Below, in pieces: positions 52,198 to 63,271 of a stretch of DNA of 64,000 bases. The translations under genes were made by a program, and so were the position numbers. Each line of letters starts with the position of its first letter. Within the stretch, counting starts at the first letter, position 1. Location: assembly GCA_023461435.1 (NCBI GenBank), contig JAEYLC010000010.1:78669-142668 (forward strand), written 5' to 3'. Source of the stretch: Bacillota bacterium. Its GTDB lineage: Bacteria; Bacillota; Clostridia; Christensenellales; SZUA-584. The notes under the pieces are model-generated. The model was not told the origin of the DNA. It did not search any database and worked only from the letters and a program-made list of their open reading frames with translations.

Positions 52198-53502
52198 ATG
52201 AAGCTGAATTACAAGAACACCATACTTGTGGGCCTTGCGTTTCTCACAATCTCCGCATTCTGGCAGTTATACGATTTTATTATTCCGCTGATACTGCAAA
52301 ACACCTTTAAAATCAACCATACATTATCCGGGTTTATCATGTCGGTTGACAACATCTTTGCACTTTTTATGCTGCCGCTCTTCGGTATGCTCTCCGACAG
52401 AACCCAGACGAAGCTGGGGCGCAGAACGCCGTTCATTTTAATCGGCACGCTGGCTGCGGTGATTTTCATGATGGGGATTCCTTTTGCCGCGCACACGGCG
52501 AAGCTCGTCGTTTTCATGGTAGCGCTGGGGCTGGTTCTCATTTCGATGTCGTTTTACCGCTCGCCTGCGGTGGCGCTGATGCCTGACATCACACCCAAGC
52601 CGCTGCGTTCCATCGGCAACGCGGTGATCAACCTCATGGGGTCTCTCGGCGGCGCGGCATTGCTGCTCATCATTTCGTTCCTCGCGCCGGATACCAAGCA
52701 CCCCGAAACAGCGAACTACTGGCCGCTGTTCATCACCACGGCGGCGATTATGGTGATGGGTACGGTGCTGCTGTTCGTGACAGTCAGGGAACCGAAGCTT
52801 GTGAGGAAGATGCGCGAAGACAGCGCGGCGATGGGCATAGATGCCGAGGAAGCCAAGCAGGAACAGCTTGTCGTCAAAAAAAATAAGCTTCCGCGCGAGA
52901 TGCGAAAGAGCATGGGGCTGATACTCGCGTCTATCGCCTTGTGGTTCATGGGCTATAACGCGGTGACAACGTCGTTCTCAAAATACGCGGTCAATGCGCT
53001 CGATATGAAGGAATCGCAGGCATCGCTGATACTCATGGTGGCGGTTATCGCCGCGACGCTCGCTTTTATACCCGTGGGGCATATCTCGATGAGAATCGGG
53101 CGCCGCAAGAGCATCATGTTCGGCGTGGTGCTGCTCGCGGCGGTTTTCGGGTCAGCCGCGTTTTACACGGCCTACTCGCCGCTGATGTACGTGTCGTTTG
53201 CGCTGGCCGGTGTGGCGTGGGCGGCCATCAACGTCAATTCGCTGCCGATGGTACTCGAGATGTCGAAAGGCGCGAGCGTCGGCCAGTACACGGGCTACTA
53301 TTATACATTCTCGATGGCCGCACAGGTGATCACGCCGATATTCTCGGGCTTCCTGCTCGATGAAGTCGGGTTTTCCACGCTGCTGCCATACGGCGCCATA
53401 TTCGTCGCGCTCGCGTTTTTCACGATGATGTTTGTGCGGCATGGCGATTCCAAGCCGTTAGCGCCCGCCAGCAAGCTTGAGTCTTTCGATACGCCGGACT
53501 GA
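52198..53502 (+). CDS. MFS transporter (12 TM)
   Basis: LFGMLSDRTQTKLGRRTPF matches the MFS loop 2-3 motif (D-R-x-G-R-R). It is adjacent to a GDPD gene, which suggests a glycerophosphodiester or related substrate (inference). Confidence 0.85.
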   Translation: MKLNYKNTILVGLAFLTISAFWQLYDFIIPLILQNTFKINHTLSGFIMSVDNIFALFMLPLFGMLSDRTQTKLGRRTPFILIGTLAAVIFMMGIPFAAHTAKLVVFMVALGLVLISMSFYRSPAVALMPDITPKPLRSIGNAVINLMGSLGGAALLLIISFLAPDTKHPETANYWPLFITTAAIMVMGTVLLFVTVREPKLVRKMREDSAAMGIDAEEAKQEQLVVKKNKLPREMRKSMGLILASIALWFMGYNAVTTSFSKYAVNALDMKESQASLILMVAVIAATLAFIPVGHISMRIGRRKSIMFGVVLLAAVFGSAAFYTAYSPLMYVSFALAGVAWAAINVNSLPMVLEMSKGASVGQYTGYYYTFSMAAQVITPIFSGFLLDEVGFSTLLPYGAIFVALAFFTMMFVRHGDSKPLAPASKLESFDTPD

Positions 53503-53516
53503 GAAGAAGGTCAAAA

Positions 53517-54344
53517 ATGATATACTTACAAATCATCATCTGCGCGGCTGCCGCGCTGCTGATACTCAACATGCTGCTGCTCGCCCCGGGCCGTTTCCCG
53601 AGGAAGATGAGCCCGGAGCTCTGGCGGACGCTGTACGCACACCGGGGTCTGCACACAAAGGATAAATCCGTGCCCGAAAATTCTCTGGCTGCGTTTTCAG
53701 CGGCAGTGGAGAACGGTTACGGGATCGAGCTGGACGTGAACATCACAAAGGACAATCAGGTCGTCGTGTTCCATGACGACAGCTTAAAACGTCTCTGCGG
53801 TGTCGATAAAAGGGTGATTCACTGCACCTATGAGGAGCTGTCGCGTTACCGGCTGCTGGGTACGCAGGAACGGATTCCGCTGTTTGCCGAGGTATTGAAA
53901 CTGGTCGGCGGCAAAAAGGCGTTGATCGTGGAGCTCAAAACATCCGAGCGCAGAAACGAACTCTGCGAAAAGACGGCGGCGATACTCGACGGATACAAGG
54001 GGCCGTACTGCATCGAATCGTTCGATCCGCGCATCGTGCGCTGGTTCAAAAAGCAAAGGCCGCAGACGGTGCGCGGCCAGCTTTCGGCGGCGTTTGGGAG
54101 CTTCAAGGGCCAGCCGTTTGTTCAGGCGGTGCTGCTTTCCGGCCTCTTTATGAATCTCGTCGCGCGCCCGCATTTCGTGGCTTATAAGCACGAGGATATC
54201 AAATGGTTCAGGCTCGGTCTGTACCGCTTGCTCGGCGGCAAGCTCGTGGGCTGGACGGTGCGCGATACGGACGACGCGCCGCGCCTGATGCGTTATTTTG
54301 ACGTTATCATTTTTGAATTCTTCAGGCCGAAGCCGCTGAGCTAG
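53517..54344 (+). CDS. Membrane-anchored glycerophosphodiester phosphodiesterase family protein
   Basis: N-terminal TM. YAHRGLH...PENSLAAF...GYGIELDVNITKDNQVVVFHDDSL are GDPD catalytic motifs. Confidence 0.85.
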   Translation: MIYLQIIICAAAALLILNMLLLAPGRFPRKMSPELWRTLYAHRGLHTKDKSVPENSLAAFSAAVENGYGIELDVNITKDNQVVVFHDDSLKRLCGVDKRVIHCTYEELSRYRLLGTQERIPLFAEVLKLVGGKKALIVELKTSERRNELCEKTAAILDGYKGPYCIESFDPRIVRWFKKQRPQTVRGQLSAAFGSFKGQPFVQAVLLSGLFMNLVARPHFVAYKHEDIKWFRLGLYRLLGGKLVGWTVRDTDDAPRLMRYFDVIIFEFFRPKPLS

Positions 54345-54389
54345 CTTTGTTACTAACAAAATAGAACATTTGTACGCCAGAAATTATGT

Positions 54390-54419
54390 TTGCCTTTTTG
54401 CTGTCATTTATGCTATAAT
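54390..54419 (+). promoter_or_regulatory. Promoter upstream of pfk
   Basis: TTGCCT (54390-54395), 18-nt spacer, extended -10 TGcTATAAT (54411-54419). Confidence 0.45.
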
Positions 54420-54446
54420 ACGCATTGAAATGGCAGGAGAGATAAG

Positions 54447-54477
54447 GCCGTGCCTGATAGGTACGGCTCTTATTTTT
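54447..54477 (+). terminator. Terminator-like hairpin inside the pfk leader (possible attenuator or short RNA end)
   Basis: GCCGTGCCT-gat-AGGTACGGC (one G-U pair) followed by TCTTATTTTT. It lies about 25-50 nt downstream of the predicted -10. Confidence 0.5.
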
Positions 54478-54501
54478 AAGAAAAGGTCTCACAGCAGATA
54501 T

Positions 54502-54519
54502 CCATAAGCATGCTTATGG
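54502..54519. promoter_or_regulatory. Perfect 18-bp palindrome immediately upstream of the pfk RBS
   Basis: CCATAAGCATGCTTATGG is its own reverse complement. It is followed by TTTAGTTTAT and the AAAGGAG SD. Confidence 0.5.
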
Positions 54520-54546
54520 TTTAGTTTATAAAAGGAGTAGACAGGC

Positions 54547-55830
54547 ATGAAGAAGAATGCGCTGGTCGCCCAGTCGGGCGGACCGTCGCCGGTCATCAAC
54601 GCGTCGCTGCTCGGCGTGATCGACGCGTGCAGACAGTATCCGGATAAAATCGGCGATATCTATACGGCGTGGCACGGTATTGAGGGCGTCTTGTTTGAAG
54701 AGCTGATCGATATAGGCAAGCAGGACGACAAGCAGCTGCGGCTGCTCAAAAACACGCCCGCGGCGGGCGGTATCGGCACCTGCCGGTATAAGCTCGTCGG
54801 CGACCAGCAGGACGATTTTGAACGTATCATCGATGTGATGCGCGCGCACGATGTCGGATACTTTTTCTATATCGGCGGCAACGATTCGATGGATACCGCC
54901 GCGCATGTTTCGAGGCTTGCGCACGAAGAGGGACTCGATTTAACCGTCGTCGGTGTTCCGAAAACGATCGACAACGATGTGGGGGACGATGCCTTTACGA
55001 TCATCGACCATACGCCGGGCTACGGCAGCGCCGCGCGGTACTGGGCGATGAATCTGCAGAACATTGAAGAGGAAAACCGCGGCATGGGCGTGTCCGAATG
55101 CGTGAGCGTCCATCAGGCGATGGGCCGCCAGTCCGGCTGGATCACGGCGGCCGCAAGGCTCGGCGATCCCGAAAGAAAAACACCGCTGCAGCTGTATTTC
55201 GCGGAAGCGAAGAAGACCATCGAGGAGCTCGCCGACAATGTGAACGAGCAGCTGAAACGTGACGGGCGCTGCATCGTATTTGTCAATGAAGGCTACGACG
55301 CGGGAGAGCTCGGTGCGCGGCATGATGGCTTCGGGCATGTGGAATACGGCGCGAGCGAAAGCACGGCTGTGCAGCAGGTCACAAACTATTTGAACAGCCA
55401 CGGGCTCAAAAGCCGCGGTCAGGCGACCTGCCAGCAGGCGGGCGTGATGCAGCGCGACGTATCGGTCTACGCCTCGAAGGTGGACGTCGAGGAAGCGTAC
55501 AGGGTGGGCGCGAAGGCGGTGGAGATCGCGATGACGGACGGCACGGGCTATATGGCCACGATGCTGCGCCGCCCCGGAGACAAATACGAGATTTATTACG
55601 ATAAGGTGAAGCTCGAAACGGTCGCGAATTCGGTGCGGTATCTGCCGCAAAGCTGGCTTGCGCCCAGCGGCATTGACGTGACGGACGACTTTATAAAGTA
55701 CGCCATGCCGCTGATCGGAGACGGATGGCCCGATGTGCCGATGGAGAACGGCCTGCAGCGCTTCGCGCGGCTCGATATCAGGTTTATCGAAAAGAAACTG
55801 GCAGGGTTTACGCCGTGCCGCATGAGATAA
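54547..55830 (+). CDS. pfp: Phosphofructokinase-family enzyme, probably PPi-dependent (about 427 aa class)
   Basis: GGNDS (FYIGGNDSMDTA), PKTIDND and MGR (HQAMGRQSGW) motifs. Asp at the 104-equivalent and Lys at the 124-equivalent positions are the PPi-type residues. The gene symbol is tentative. Confidence 0.85.
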   Translation: MKKNALVAQSGGPSPVINASLLGVIDACRQYPDKIGDIYTAWHGIEGVLFEELIDIGKQDDKQLRLLKNTPAAGGIGTCRYKLVGDQQDDFERIIDVMRAHDVGYFFYIGGNDSMDTAAHVSRLAHEEGLDLTVVGVPKTIDNDVGDDAFTIIDHTPGYGSAARYWAMNLQNIEEENRGMGVSECVSVHQAMGRQSGWITAAARLGDPERKTPLQLYFAEAKKTIEELADNVNEQLKRDGRCIVFVNEGYDAGELGARHDGFGHVEYGASESTAVQQVTNYLNSHGLKSRGQATCQQAGVMQRDVSVYASKVDVEEAYRVGAKAVEIAMTDGTGYMATMLRRPGDKYEIYYDKVKLETVANSVRYLPQSWLAPSGIDVTDDFIKYAMPLIGDGWPDVPMENGLQRFARLDIRFIEKKLAGFTPCRMR

Positions 55831-55841
55831 GGAGAGCTAAT

Positions 55842-56147
55842 ATGGCAGTTAATCACATCGTTTGTTTTAAATTCAACGAAAACACCGCGCCGGAAGACAT
55901 CGCGAAGCACATGAAGATGTTTGCGGGACTCAGCGAAACGATTCCCGGCATTATCTCGTACTCGGCGGGAAAATCCTTCGGCGTCGCGTACGAACCCACG
56001 GCGGATTACGACAGCGTGCACTGCCTCGCGTGTGAGTCGGAGCAGGCGCTCGAAAGCTATTTTCACCATGAAGCGCATCAGGCTTTCATCGCGCGGAACA
56101 AGCACATCTGGCGCAGCGTGTTCGTCATCAACGCGCAGGTCGATTGA
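55842..56147 (+). CDS. Dabb (stress-responsive alpha/beta barrel) family protein
   Basis: VNHIVCFKFNENTAPEDI...LESYFHHEAHQAF. AAGGAGAG SD lies before ATG 55842. Confidence 0.8.
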   Translation: MAVNHIVCFKFNENTAPEDIAKHMKMFAGLSETIPGIISYSAGKSFGVAYEPTADYDSVHCLACESEQALESYFHHEAHQAFIARNKHIWRSVFVINAQVD

Positions 56148-56184
56148 TCCGAACGGTTTCGTGTCATGAAAGGGTTTAAGCGAC

Positions 56185-58140
56185 ATGGATTTTAAGCTCC
56201 ATTCCAAATACAAACCGGCGGGCAGCCAGCCCGAGGCGATAGACGCGCTGGTAAAGGGCATTGAAGCGGGCGATAAAGCGCAGGTGCTGCTCGGCGTCAC
56301 GGGCAGCGGCAAAACGTTTACGATGGCCAACGTGATCGAGCGCGTGCAGCGTCCGACGCTCGTGCTTGCCCACAACAAGACGCTCGCGGCGCAGCTTTGC
56401 AGCGAGTTCCGCGAGTTTTTTCCTGAGAACGCCGTCGAGTTTTTCGTCTCGTATTACGACTATTACCAGCCCGAGGCGTATGTCCCGGGCAAGGATCTGT
56501 ACATCGAAAAGGACGCGAGCATCAACGACGAAATCGACCGCCTGCGCCACAGTGCCACATCGGCGCTGCTTGAACGCCGCGATGTGATCGTGGTCGCGTC
56601 GGTATCGTGCATCTATTCGATCGGTGATCCTGAGGAATACAAGGGCATGAGCATCTCTCTGCGGCCGGGCACGAAAATCAAGCGCGACGATCTGCTCGAA
56701 CGGCTCGTGGACAACAGCTTTACGCGCGGCGACATGGATTTTTCGCGCGGGCGTTTCCGCGTGCGCGGCGATACGGTGGAGGTGTTTCCGGCCAACACAA
56801 TGGAAAAAGCGGTGCGCTTTGAGTTTTTCGGCGATGAGATCGAACGCATACTCGAGATTGACGTGGTGACGGGCCGCGCGCTCGCGACGCGCGAGCATAT
56901 CGCGATTTTCCCGAACACGCATTACGCGATGGACCGCGAATACATGAAGGAAAAGCTCGATGAGATCAGAGACGACATGATGAAGCAGGTGGAGCTGTTT
57001 AAATCGCAGGGCAAGATACTCGAAGCCGAGCGTATCAAGCAGCGCACCGTCTACGATATTGAGATGCTGCGCGAACTGGGGTACTGCACGGGCATAGAAA
57101 ACTACTCGCGCTATTTCGACGGACGCAAGCCCGGCGATCCGCCGTTCACGCTGCTCGACTTCTTCCCGGACGATTTTCTCATGATCATTGACGAGTCGCA
57201 CGTGATGCTGCCGCAGGTGCGCGCGATGTACAAGGGCGATTTTTCGCGCAAGGACATGCTCGTGCAATACGGATTCCGCCTGCCGTCCGCTTACGACAAC
57301 AGGCCGCTGAAATTCGAGGAGTTTGAAAAGAGGCAGGGGCAGACGGTGTTTGTGAGCGCCACACCCGCCGAATACGAGCGCAAGCTCGCGGGCAGCGTGG
57401 TGGAGCAGATTGTGCGCCCCACGGGGCTTATCGATCCCGAGATCACCGTGGTGCCCGCCAACGGACAGGTGGAGCATCTGCTCGGCGAGATTCGCGCCAC
57501 TGTCAAGAAGGGCTTTCGAGTGCTCGTGACGACGCTGACCAAAAAAATGGCCGAGCGCTTGACCGATTACTACAGCGAGCTGGGGGTGCGCGTCAAATAC
57601 ATGCACAGCGATGTGGATACGATGGAACGCATGGAGATCATACGCGGGCTGCGCATGGGCGAGTTCGATGTGCTCGTGGGCATCAACCTGCTGCGCGAGG
57701 GGCTTGATTTGCCCGAGGTCGCGCTGGTAGCCGTGCTCGATGCCGACAAGGAAGGCTTCCTGCGCAACGAGACATCGCTGATACAGACGATCGGGCGTGC
57801 CGCGCGCAACGTGGAAGGCCGCGTGCTGATGTACGCGGATACGGTCACGGGCTCAATGCGGCGCGCGCTCGACGAAACGGCCCGGCGCCGCGAGATGCAG
57901 ATGGCTTACAATGAGGAGCACGGCATCACGCCGCAGACCATTGTCAAGGAGACGTACGGTGTTCTCGAGATCACCAAGCCCGTGAAGGACACCGAAAAGC
58001 TCACGCATGCCGAAGCGGTCAAGAAGGCGGCGATCGTCGAGAAGCAGATGCGCCAGGCGGCCATCGAGCTTGAATTCGAAACGGCGGCGGCGCTGCGCGA
58101 CGAATTGTTCAGATTAAAGGAAATTATCAGAAAAGGATAA
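56185..58140 (+). CDS. uvrB: Excinuclease ABC subunit B
   Basis: GVTGSGKTF Walker A, DESH box ([11 protein letters not shown]), C-terminal UVR domain ([13 protein letters not shown]). Confidence 0.97.
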   Translation: MDFKLHSKYKPAGSQPEAIDALVKGIEAGDKAQVLLGVTGSGKTFTMANVIERVQRPTLVLAHNKTLAAQLCSEFREFFPENAVEFFVSYYDYYQPEAYVPGKDLYIEKDASINDEIDRLRHSATSALLERRDVIVVASVSCIYSIGDPEEYKGMSISLRPGTKIKRDDLLERLVDNSFTRGDMDFSRGRFRVRGDTVEVFPANTMEKAVRFEFFGDEIERILEIDVVTGRALATREHIAIFPNTHYAMDREYMKEKLDEIRDDMMKQVELFKSQGKILEAERIKQRTVYDIEMLRELGYCTGIENYSRYFDGRKPGDPPFTLLDFFPDDFLMIIDESHVMLPQVRAMYKGDFSRKDMLVQYGFRLPSAYDNRPLKFEEFEKRQGQTVFVSATPAEYERKLAGSVVEQIVRPTGLIDPEITVVPANGQVEHLLGEIRATVKKGFRVLVTTLTKKMAERLTDYYSELGVRVKYMHSDVDTMERMEIIRGLRMGEFDVLVGINLLREGLDLPEVALVAVLDADKEGFLRNETSLIQTIGRAARNVEGRVLMYADTVTGSMRRALDETARRREMQMAYNEEHGITPQTIVKETYGVLEITKPVKDTEKLTHAEAVKKAAIVEKQMRQAAIELEFETAAALRDELFRLKEIIRKG

Positions 58141-58152
58141 GCAAGCAGTCTC

Positions 58153-60969
58153 ATGGATTATATTACGATCAAGGGTGCAAGGGAACACAATTTAAAAAAC
58201 ATCGACATCAGGATACCGCGCGACAAGCTCGTCGTGATCACGGGTCTTTCGGGCAGCGGCAAATCGTCGCTCGCTTTTGATACCATTTACGCGGAAGGGC
58301 AGCGGCGCTACGTGGAATCGCTGTCGGCTTACGCGCGCCAGTTTTTGGGGCAGATGGACAAGCCGGATGTGGATTCCATCGAGGGGCTGTCGCCCGCGAT
58401 CTCTATAGATCAGAAAACGACGAGCCGAAACCCGCGTTCCACGGTCGGCACGGTGACGGAGATCCACGACTATCTGCGGCTTCTGTACGCGCGCGCGGGC
58501 GAGGTGCACTGCACCAAATGCGGCAAGAAGATCGAGCGGCAGACAGCGGACCAGATTGTGGACGACATATTGAGCCGCCCCGAGGGCACGAAGCTCATGA
58601 TACTCGCGCCCGTCGTGACGGGACGCAAGGGCCAGCATACAAAGCTGCTGGAGGATTTAAGCCGCAGCGGCTACACGCGCGTCGTGGTGGACGGTGCGAC
58701 ATACACGCTCGATGAGGAGATCGTGCTCGATAAAAACATCAAGCATACCATCGACGTCGTGATCGACCGCATCGTACTCAGCGCCGACGCGGAATCCCGT
58801 CTGCACGATTCCGTGGAGACAGGGCTCGCGCGCGGTGAGGGCGTCGTCAAGGTGGTCGATATGAGCGACAACAGCGAGCAGCGTTATTCGCAGAACTATG
58901 CGTGCATCGACTGCGGCATCAGCATCGAGGAAATCTCCCCGCGCATGTTTTCGTTCAACGCGCCGTACGGCGCCTGCCCGCACTGCCACGGCCTTGGCAC
59001 CATCATGAAGGTGGATGAAGACCTCGTGGTGCCGGACAAAACAAAATCGCTCGCGGAAGGCGCGATACGTGTCTCGGGCTGGAACTCAGGCTCGGACGAC
59101 AGCTGGGGCACGCAGTACTTCAAGGGAATGGCGCGCCACTTCGGCTTTGACATGAACACGCCGTTTGAACAGCTCGACAGAAGCGTACAGGAGAAGCTGC
59201 TTTACGGCACGGACAACGAGCGCTTTCAGGTGGATTATTCGTCCGATTATGGCAAAGGCACGTTTTTGAACCGCTTTGAGGGCATCATACCGAACATTGA
59301 GCGGCGGTACATGCAGACCGATTCCGATATGATGAAGGCTGAATATGAGAAGTATATGGCGACGCTGGTTTGCCCCGTGTGCGGCGGCACGCGGTATAAG
59401 CCGGAGCCGCTTGCGGTGAAAATCGGCGGCAGGAACATCGCCGAGGTCTCCGATATGCCGATCAACGAAGCGCTTACGTTCTTTGACACGCTTGTGCTCA
59501 CCGAAAAGCAGCAGATCATCGCCGACAGGGTTTTGAAGGAGCTGCACGCGCGGCTCAACTTCCTGATCAATGTCGGGCTCTCTTACCTCACGCTCTCGCG
59601 CGCGGCCGGAACGCTCTCGGGCGGAGAAGCGCAGCGCATCCGTCTCGCGACGCAGATCGGGTCGGGCCTTACGGGCGTGCTTTACATTCTTGACGAACCG
59701 AGTATCGGCCTGCATCAGCGCGATAACGACAAGCTGCTCGCAACGCTGAAGAGACTGCAATTGCTCGGGAACACGCTGATCGTCGTGGAGCACGATGAGG
59801 ATACGATGCGCAGCGCAGACTTCCTCATAGACATGGGGCCGGGCGCAGGTGTGCACGGCGGGCAGGTCGTCTCTTCGGGAACGCCCGAGGAGATCATGGC
59901 TGACCCGAACTCCATCACGGGGCAGTATCTGTCGGGCGCGAAGAAGATCGAGACGCCGGATAAAAGGCGCGAGCCGAGCGGCTCTTTCACGATCGTGGGC
60001 GCGTCGGAAAACAACTTGAAAAATATCGATATCACGTTCCCGATGGGCGTGATCACAGCGGTGACGGGCGTCTCGGGCAGCGGCAAATCTACGCTCGTCA
60101 ACGAGATTCTTTTTAAAGCGCTTGCGAAGCGGCTCTACAGCGCGAAGGATAAGCCGGGCCGTCATGAACGCATCGACGGCGTGGAGCAGGTTGACAAGGT
60201 GGTCAACATCGACCAAAGCCCGATCGGACGCACGCCGCGCAGCAATCCCGCGACATACACGGGTGTTTTCACGCTGATCCGCGATCTCTTTGCGGAGACG
60301 AAGGACGCCAAGGTGCGCGGTTTCGGCAAGGGCCGGTTTTCGTTCAACGTCAAGGGCGGGCGGTGCGAAGCGTGCAGCGGCGACGGCATCATCAAGATCG
60401 AGATGCATTTTCTGCCCGATGTGTATGTGCCGTGCGAGGTCTGCAAGGGCGCGCGGTACAACCGCGAGACGCTCGAAGTGCGCTACAAGGGCAAAAACAT
60501 ACAGGAAGTGCTCGATATGACGGTGGAGGAGGCGCTGGATTTCTTCGACAGCATCCCGGGAATCCGCAACGTTCTGCAGGTCATCTATGATGTGGGCCTC
60601 GGGTACATCCGTCTCGGGCAGCCGTCCACCACGCTTTCGGGCGGCGAGGCACAGCGCGTGAAGCTCGCCACGTATCTTTCCAAGCGGCAGACGGGCAACA
60701 CGCTGTTCATACTTGACGAGCCGACGACGGGGCTGCACACGGACGACGTGAAAAAGCTCGTCGCGATACTTGCGCGGCTGGCCGATAAGGGCAACACGGT
60801 CATTGTAATCGAGCATAATCTCGATGTCATCAAATACGCGGATTACTGCATTGACTTGGGGCCGGAGGGCGGCGACGGCGGCGGCCGGGTCATTGCCCAG
60901 GGAACACCCGAAGATATTTCTAAAAACGCGGACAGCGCGACGGGCTATTATCTCGCGAAAGCCCTGTAG
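58153..60969 (+). CDS. uvrA: Excinuclease ABC subunit A
   Basis: [12 protein letters not shown] and [10 protein letters not shown] Walker A motifs, LSGGE signatures, zinc-finger cysteines (CIDCG...CPHCHG; CEACSGDG...CEVCKG). Confidence 0.97.
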   Translation: MDYITIKGAREHNLKNIDIRIPRDKLVVITGLSGSGKSSLAFDTIYAEGQRRYVESLSAYARQFLGQMDKPDVDSIEGLSPAISIDQKTTSRNPRSTVGTVTEIHDYLRLLYARAGEVHCTKCGKKIERQTADQIVDDILSRPEGTKLMILAPVVTGRKGQHTKLLEDLSRSGYTRVVVDGATYTLDEEIVLDKNIKHTIDVVIDRIVLSADAESRLHDSVETGLARGEGVVKVVDMSDNSEQRYSQNYACIDCGISIEEISPRMFSFNAPYGACPHCHGLGTIMKVDEDLVVPDKTKSLAEGAIRVSGWNSGSDDSWGTQYFKGMARHFGFDMNTPFEQLDRSVQEKLLYGTDNERFQVDYSSDYGKGTFLNRFEGIIPNIERRYMQTDSDMMKAEYEKYMATLVCPVCGGTRYKPEPLAVKIGGRNIAEVSDMPINEALTFFDTLVLTEKQQIIADRVLKELHARLNFLINVGLSYLTLSRAAGTLSGGEAQRIRLATQIGSGLTGVLYILDEPSIGLHQRDNDKLLATLKRLQLLGNTLIVVEHDEDTMRSADFLIDMGPGAGVHGGQVVSSGTPEEIMADPNSITGQYLSGAKKIETPDKRREPSGSFTIVGASENNLKNIDITFPMGVITAVTGVSGSGKSTLVNEILFKALAKRLYSAKDKPGRHERIDGVEQVDKVVNIDQSPIGRTPRSNPATYTGVFTLIRDLFAETKDAKVRGFGKGRFSFNVKGGRCEACSGDGIIKIEMHFLPDVYVPCEVCKGARYNRETLEVRYKGKNIQEVLDMTVEEALDFFDSIPGIRNVLQVIYDVGLGYIRLGQPSTTLSGGEAQRVKLATYLSKRQTGNTLFILDEPTTGLHTDDVKKLVAILARLADKGNTVIVIEHNLDVIKYADYCIDLGPEGGDGGGRVIAQGTPEDISKNADSATGYYLAKAL

Positions 60970-61144
60970 AGTTTTATGTTACAAAACGTGAATTAGTGGG
61001 TATTGATTCTTCAGACGATTTGAGTAAACGCTGATTAATTTAAAACACCATACTGACGGCGGATGTTGCTTCTTGACGCTTACAATATCCGCCCGTTCAT
61101 CTATCACTCTCATTTAATCTGAGCTTACTTGAGCGGAGGCTGTG

Positions 61145-62641
61145 TTGACGATCAAGAATAAACTCACACTCACAATAGTTTCGATTGTCCTGATTGTGAT
61201 TTCAATCCTGGGGTATATTTACTTATCCTCAATGCACGCAAGCCTATATGCCATGGCCCATGAGAAGACGGCTGAAAAGGCGACCGAATCCGCGAATGTG
61301 ATCGCGCAGCTGCTCGATGTGAGGCTGAACGCCGTGAACGCGCTGGCTGAATTTCTCGGTGATGACGCGGATCAGAACGGGCTTAAAAAGAAAATTGCAA
61401 ATATTGAGTACACGCAGCAGATTTCGGATTTCGAATACTATGCGATACTTTGGTATGGAAAATGGTATTATGTGTCGGGATTGACTTTTACCAATATACA
61501 GCCGGTCGTCGGTTATGCAGGAATGCCGGGCCGAGCCGTATTCGGAAGACTATATAAAAATGAAAAGGAAGGACTGCTGCTCCAACAGTATATTTTTGAC
61601 GGTAAGGGCAACGAAATCGGCCGCCTTGTTGCCAAGCTTTCTGCCGATAAATTCTGGGATGATATCACATCGACGACGGATATACTTTCATCCGAAGGCA
61701 TAATTGTTTCCAGGCACTTCGGAGACATACTGTATCCGTCAAAATATGCGGGCGGCAGGCTTCACGGTTCTCAATTTGGGAAAATAGGCGAAGCGGATAT
61801 CAGGCTTGATGATACTATTATTCACAGCACGTGTTTATCAATGCCGATAGTAAACGCGCAAATGGACGTGACGGCTCTTTTGAACGACGAGGATTTGAAC
61901 AGGAACTACGGCCATATCGTCTTGCTGTTTTTCATTGTGGTCGGGTCCGCTTTGATTTTAATCGGCGCGCTGGTGTATCTTGTGTCCTCACGCATGACCC
62001 GTTCCATCTCGGAATTATCGGAATATGTGGCACAAATGGGCGCAGACTGCGACAGCATGCCGGATAAGTTCATAAAGAGGTCCGATGAAGCGGGCAAGCT
62101 GGCGAATTCGTTTTCTCTGCTGTTAACGCGGCTCAAGGCATCGATGGATGAGACGGATTATATCGCCCGACACGACAGCCTGACGCTGCTGAGCAACAGA
62201 TATTGTCTGGAAAGCGATATCACGGCGCAGATCAGGAAACAGCAGACTTTCGCGTTCGCGCTGCTGGATGTGGACGATTTCAAGGTGATCAACGATTCAA
62301 AGGGACACGACGAGGGGGACCGTTTGTTAAAAGACCTTGCGAGCGTCTTCAGAACGTTTAAGCCCACGGAGCTGACCGCGTACCGATGGGGCGGCGATGA
62401 ATTCGCGCTGATTATCTACGGCAAAAAGACGGCGCAATATGAGAAAATATTAAATCAGATCATGGAACGCATCGGCACACAATTTCATGACGCGGGAGAC
62501 AGCCGCATCACGGTGAGCATCGGCGTTTGCGCTTATCCTGAGCACGCCGCGAACTATAAAGATTTGCTGATCAATGCCGATAAAGCGCTCGCGTGGGCGA
62601 AAATGAGCGGCAAAGTCAACTTTTGTTTTTATAAGCAATAA
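61145..62641 (+). CDS. Membrane sensor diguanylate cyclase (TM, extracytoplasmic sensor, TM, HAMP-like, GGDEF)
   Basis: Intact GGDEF (YRWGGDEFALIIY) and FALLDVDDFKVINDSKGHDEGD. TTG 61145 lies 5 nt after GGAGG and is preferred over GTG 61142. Confidence 0.85.
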   Translation: MTIKNKLTLTIVSIVLIVISILGYIYLSSMHASLYAMAHEKTAEKATESANVIAQLLDVRLNAVNALAEFLGDDADQNGLKKKIANIEYTQQISDFEYYAILWYGKWYYVSGLTFTNIQPVVGYAGMPGRAVFGRLYKNEKEGLLLQQYIFDGKGNEIGRLVAKLSADKFWDDITSTTDILSSEGIIVSRHFGDILYPSKYAGGRLHGSQFGKIGEADIRLDDTIIHSTCLSMPIVNAQMDVTALLNDEDLNRNYGHIVLLFFIVVGSALILIGALVYLVSSRMTRSISELSEYVAQMGADCDSMPDKFIKRSDEAGKLANSFSLLLTRLKASMDETDYIARHDSLTLLSNRYCLESDITAQIRKQQTFAFALLDVDDFKVINDSKGHDEGDRLLKDLASVFRTFKPTELTAYRWGGDEFALIIYGKKTAQYEKILNQIMERIGTQFHDAGDSRITVSIGVCAYPEHAANYKDLLINADKALAWAKMSGKVNFCFYKQ

Positions 62642-62643
62642 AG

Positions 62644-62675
62644 AAAGCCGGTATTTATCATACCGGCCTTTTACT
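62644..62675. terminator. Bidirectional terminator between convergent genes
   Basis: GCCGGTA-tttatca-TACCGGC flanked by AAA on one side and CTTTT on the other. Confidence 0.65.
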
Positions 62676-62686
62676 TTAACAGTCTG

Positions 62687-63271
62687 TTATTTTTCGTCTT
62701 TATCGGTTTCCTCGGGATTGCTTTCGTCAAGCTCGCGAGCCATCGCGGCAATCTTCTCTTCCACTGTCATCGGACGGTTCGGATCATCCACAGGTTCGTT
62801 CGATTCCGCGGGCTCCGGTTTTTCCGGCAGCCGGATGGGAAGGAGCGTGCCGTTGGCCTTGCGCTTATAGTAACGCACGAGCGGGAAGGCGATACCAAGG
62901 CCCAGCAGTATGAGCGTAAGTCCGCAGATAATCAGTATCTTGATCGAATTATCAAGCCGCGTGATCACATCATCGGAATCCGAATACATCGCGATCGTTG
63001 CAAAGATAATGATTGCGCCGAGGATGCCGTCCATTAAGGTCATCGAAAAAAGATTGAGTCTCAAGCGGAATTTATTCTCAATGGATCTTCTGCCCATCAT
63101 AATCACGAGGAAGATGACAACAAAAAGATAGTTTACGAGACTGTTTTCATCGCTGACAAGAATTTTGGGCAGGTAGATAGACAAAAACAACGCAGCCGCA
63201 GATATCACGCCCGCAATAACCTGCAGGACGCGCAACTGCATATCGGTCAATTTTTTCTTTTCTGTATCCAT
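62687..63271 (-). CDS. Membrane protein (4 TM) with acidic cytoplasmic C-terminal tail, unknown function
   Basis: Hydrophobic profile. C-terminus PEKPEPAESNEPVDDPNRPMTVEEKIAAMARELDESNPEETDKDEK. Confidence 0.6.
   Translation of the reverse strand: MDTEKKKLTDMQLRVLQVIAGVISAAALFLSIYLPKILVSDENSLVNYLFVVIFLVIMMGRRSIENKFRLRLNLFSMTLMDGILGAIIIFATIAMYSDSDDVITRLDNSIKILIICGLTLILLGLGIAFPLVRYYKRKANGTLLPIRLPEKPEPAESNEPVDDPNRPMTVEEKIAAMARELDESNPEETDKDEK

Noticed and set aside
56148-56184. Possible LexA (Cheo-type) SOS box before uvrB
   Set aside because: CGAACGGTTTCG has a GAAC half-site but only a 2-nt spacer and a TTTC second half. It does not fit CGAAC-N4-GTTCG. I cannot support an SOS box from this sequence.
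56176-57606. 476-aa ORF antisense to uvrB, and 59086-60816 (576 aa) antisense to uvrA
   Set aside because: uvrB and uvrA are unambiguous on the plus strand. The antisense ORFs have an extreme Arg/His/Leu composition and no ribosome-binding sites.
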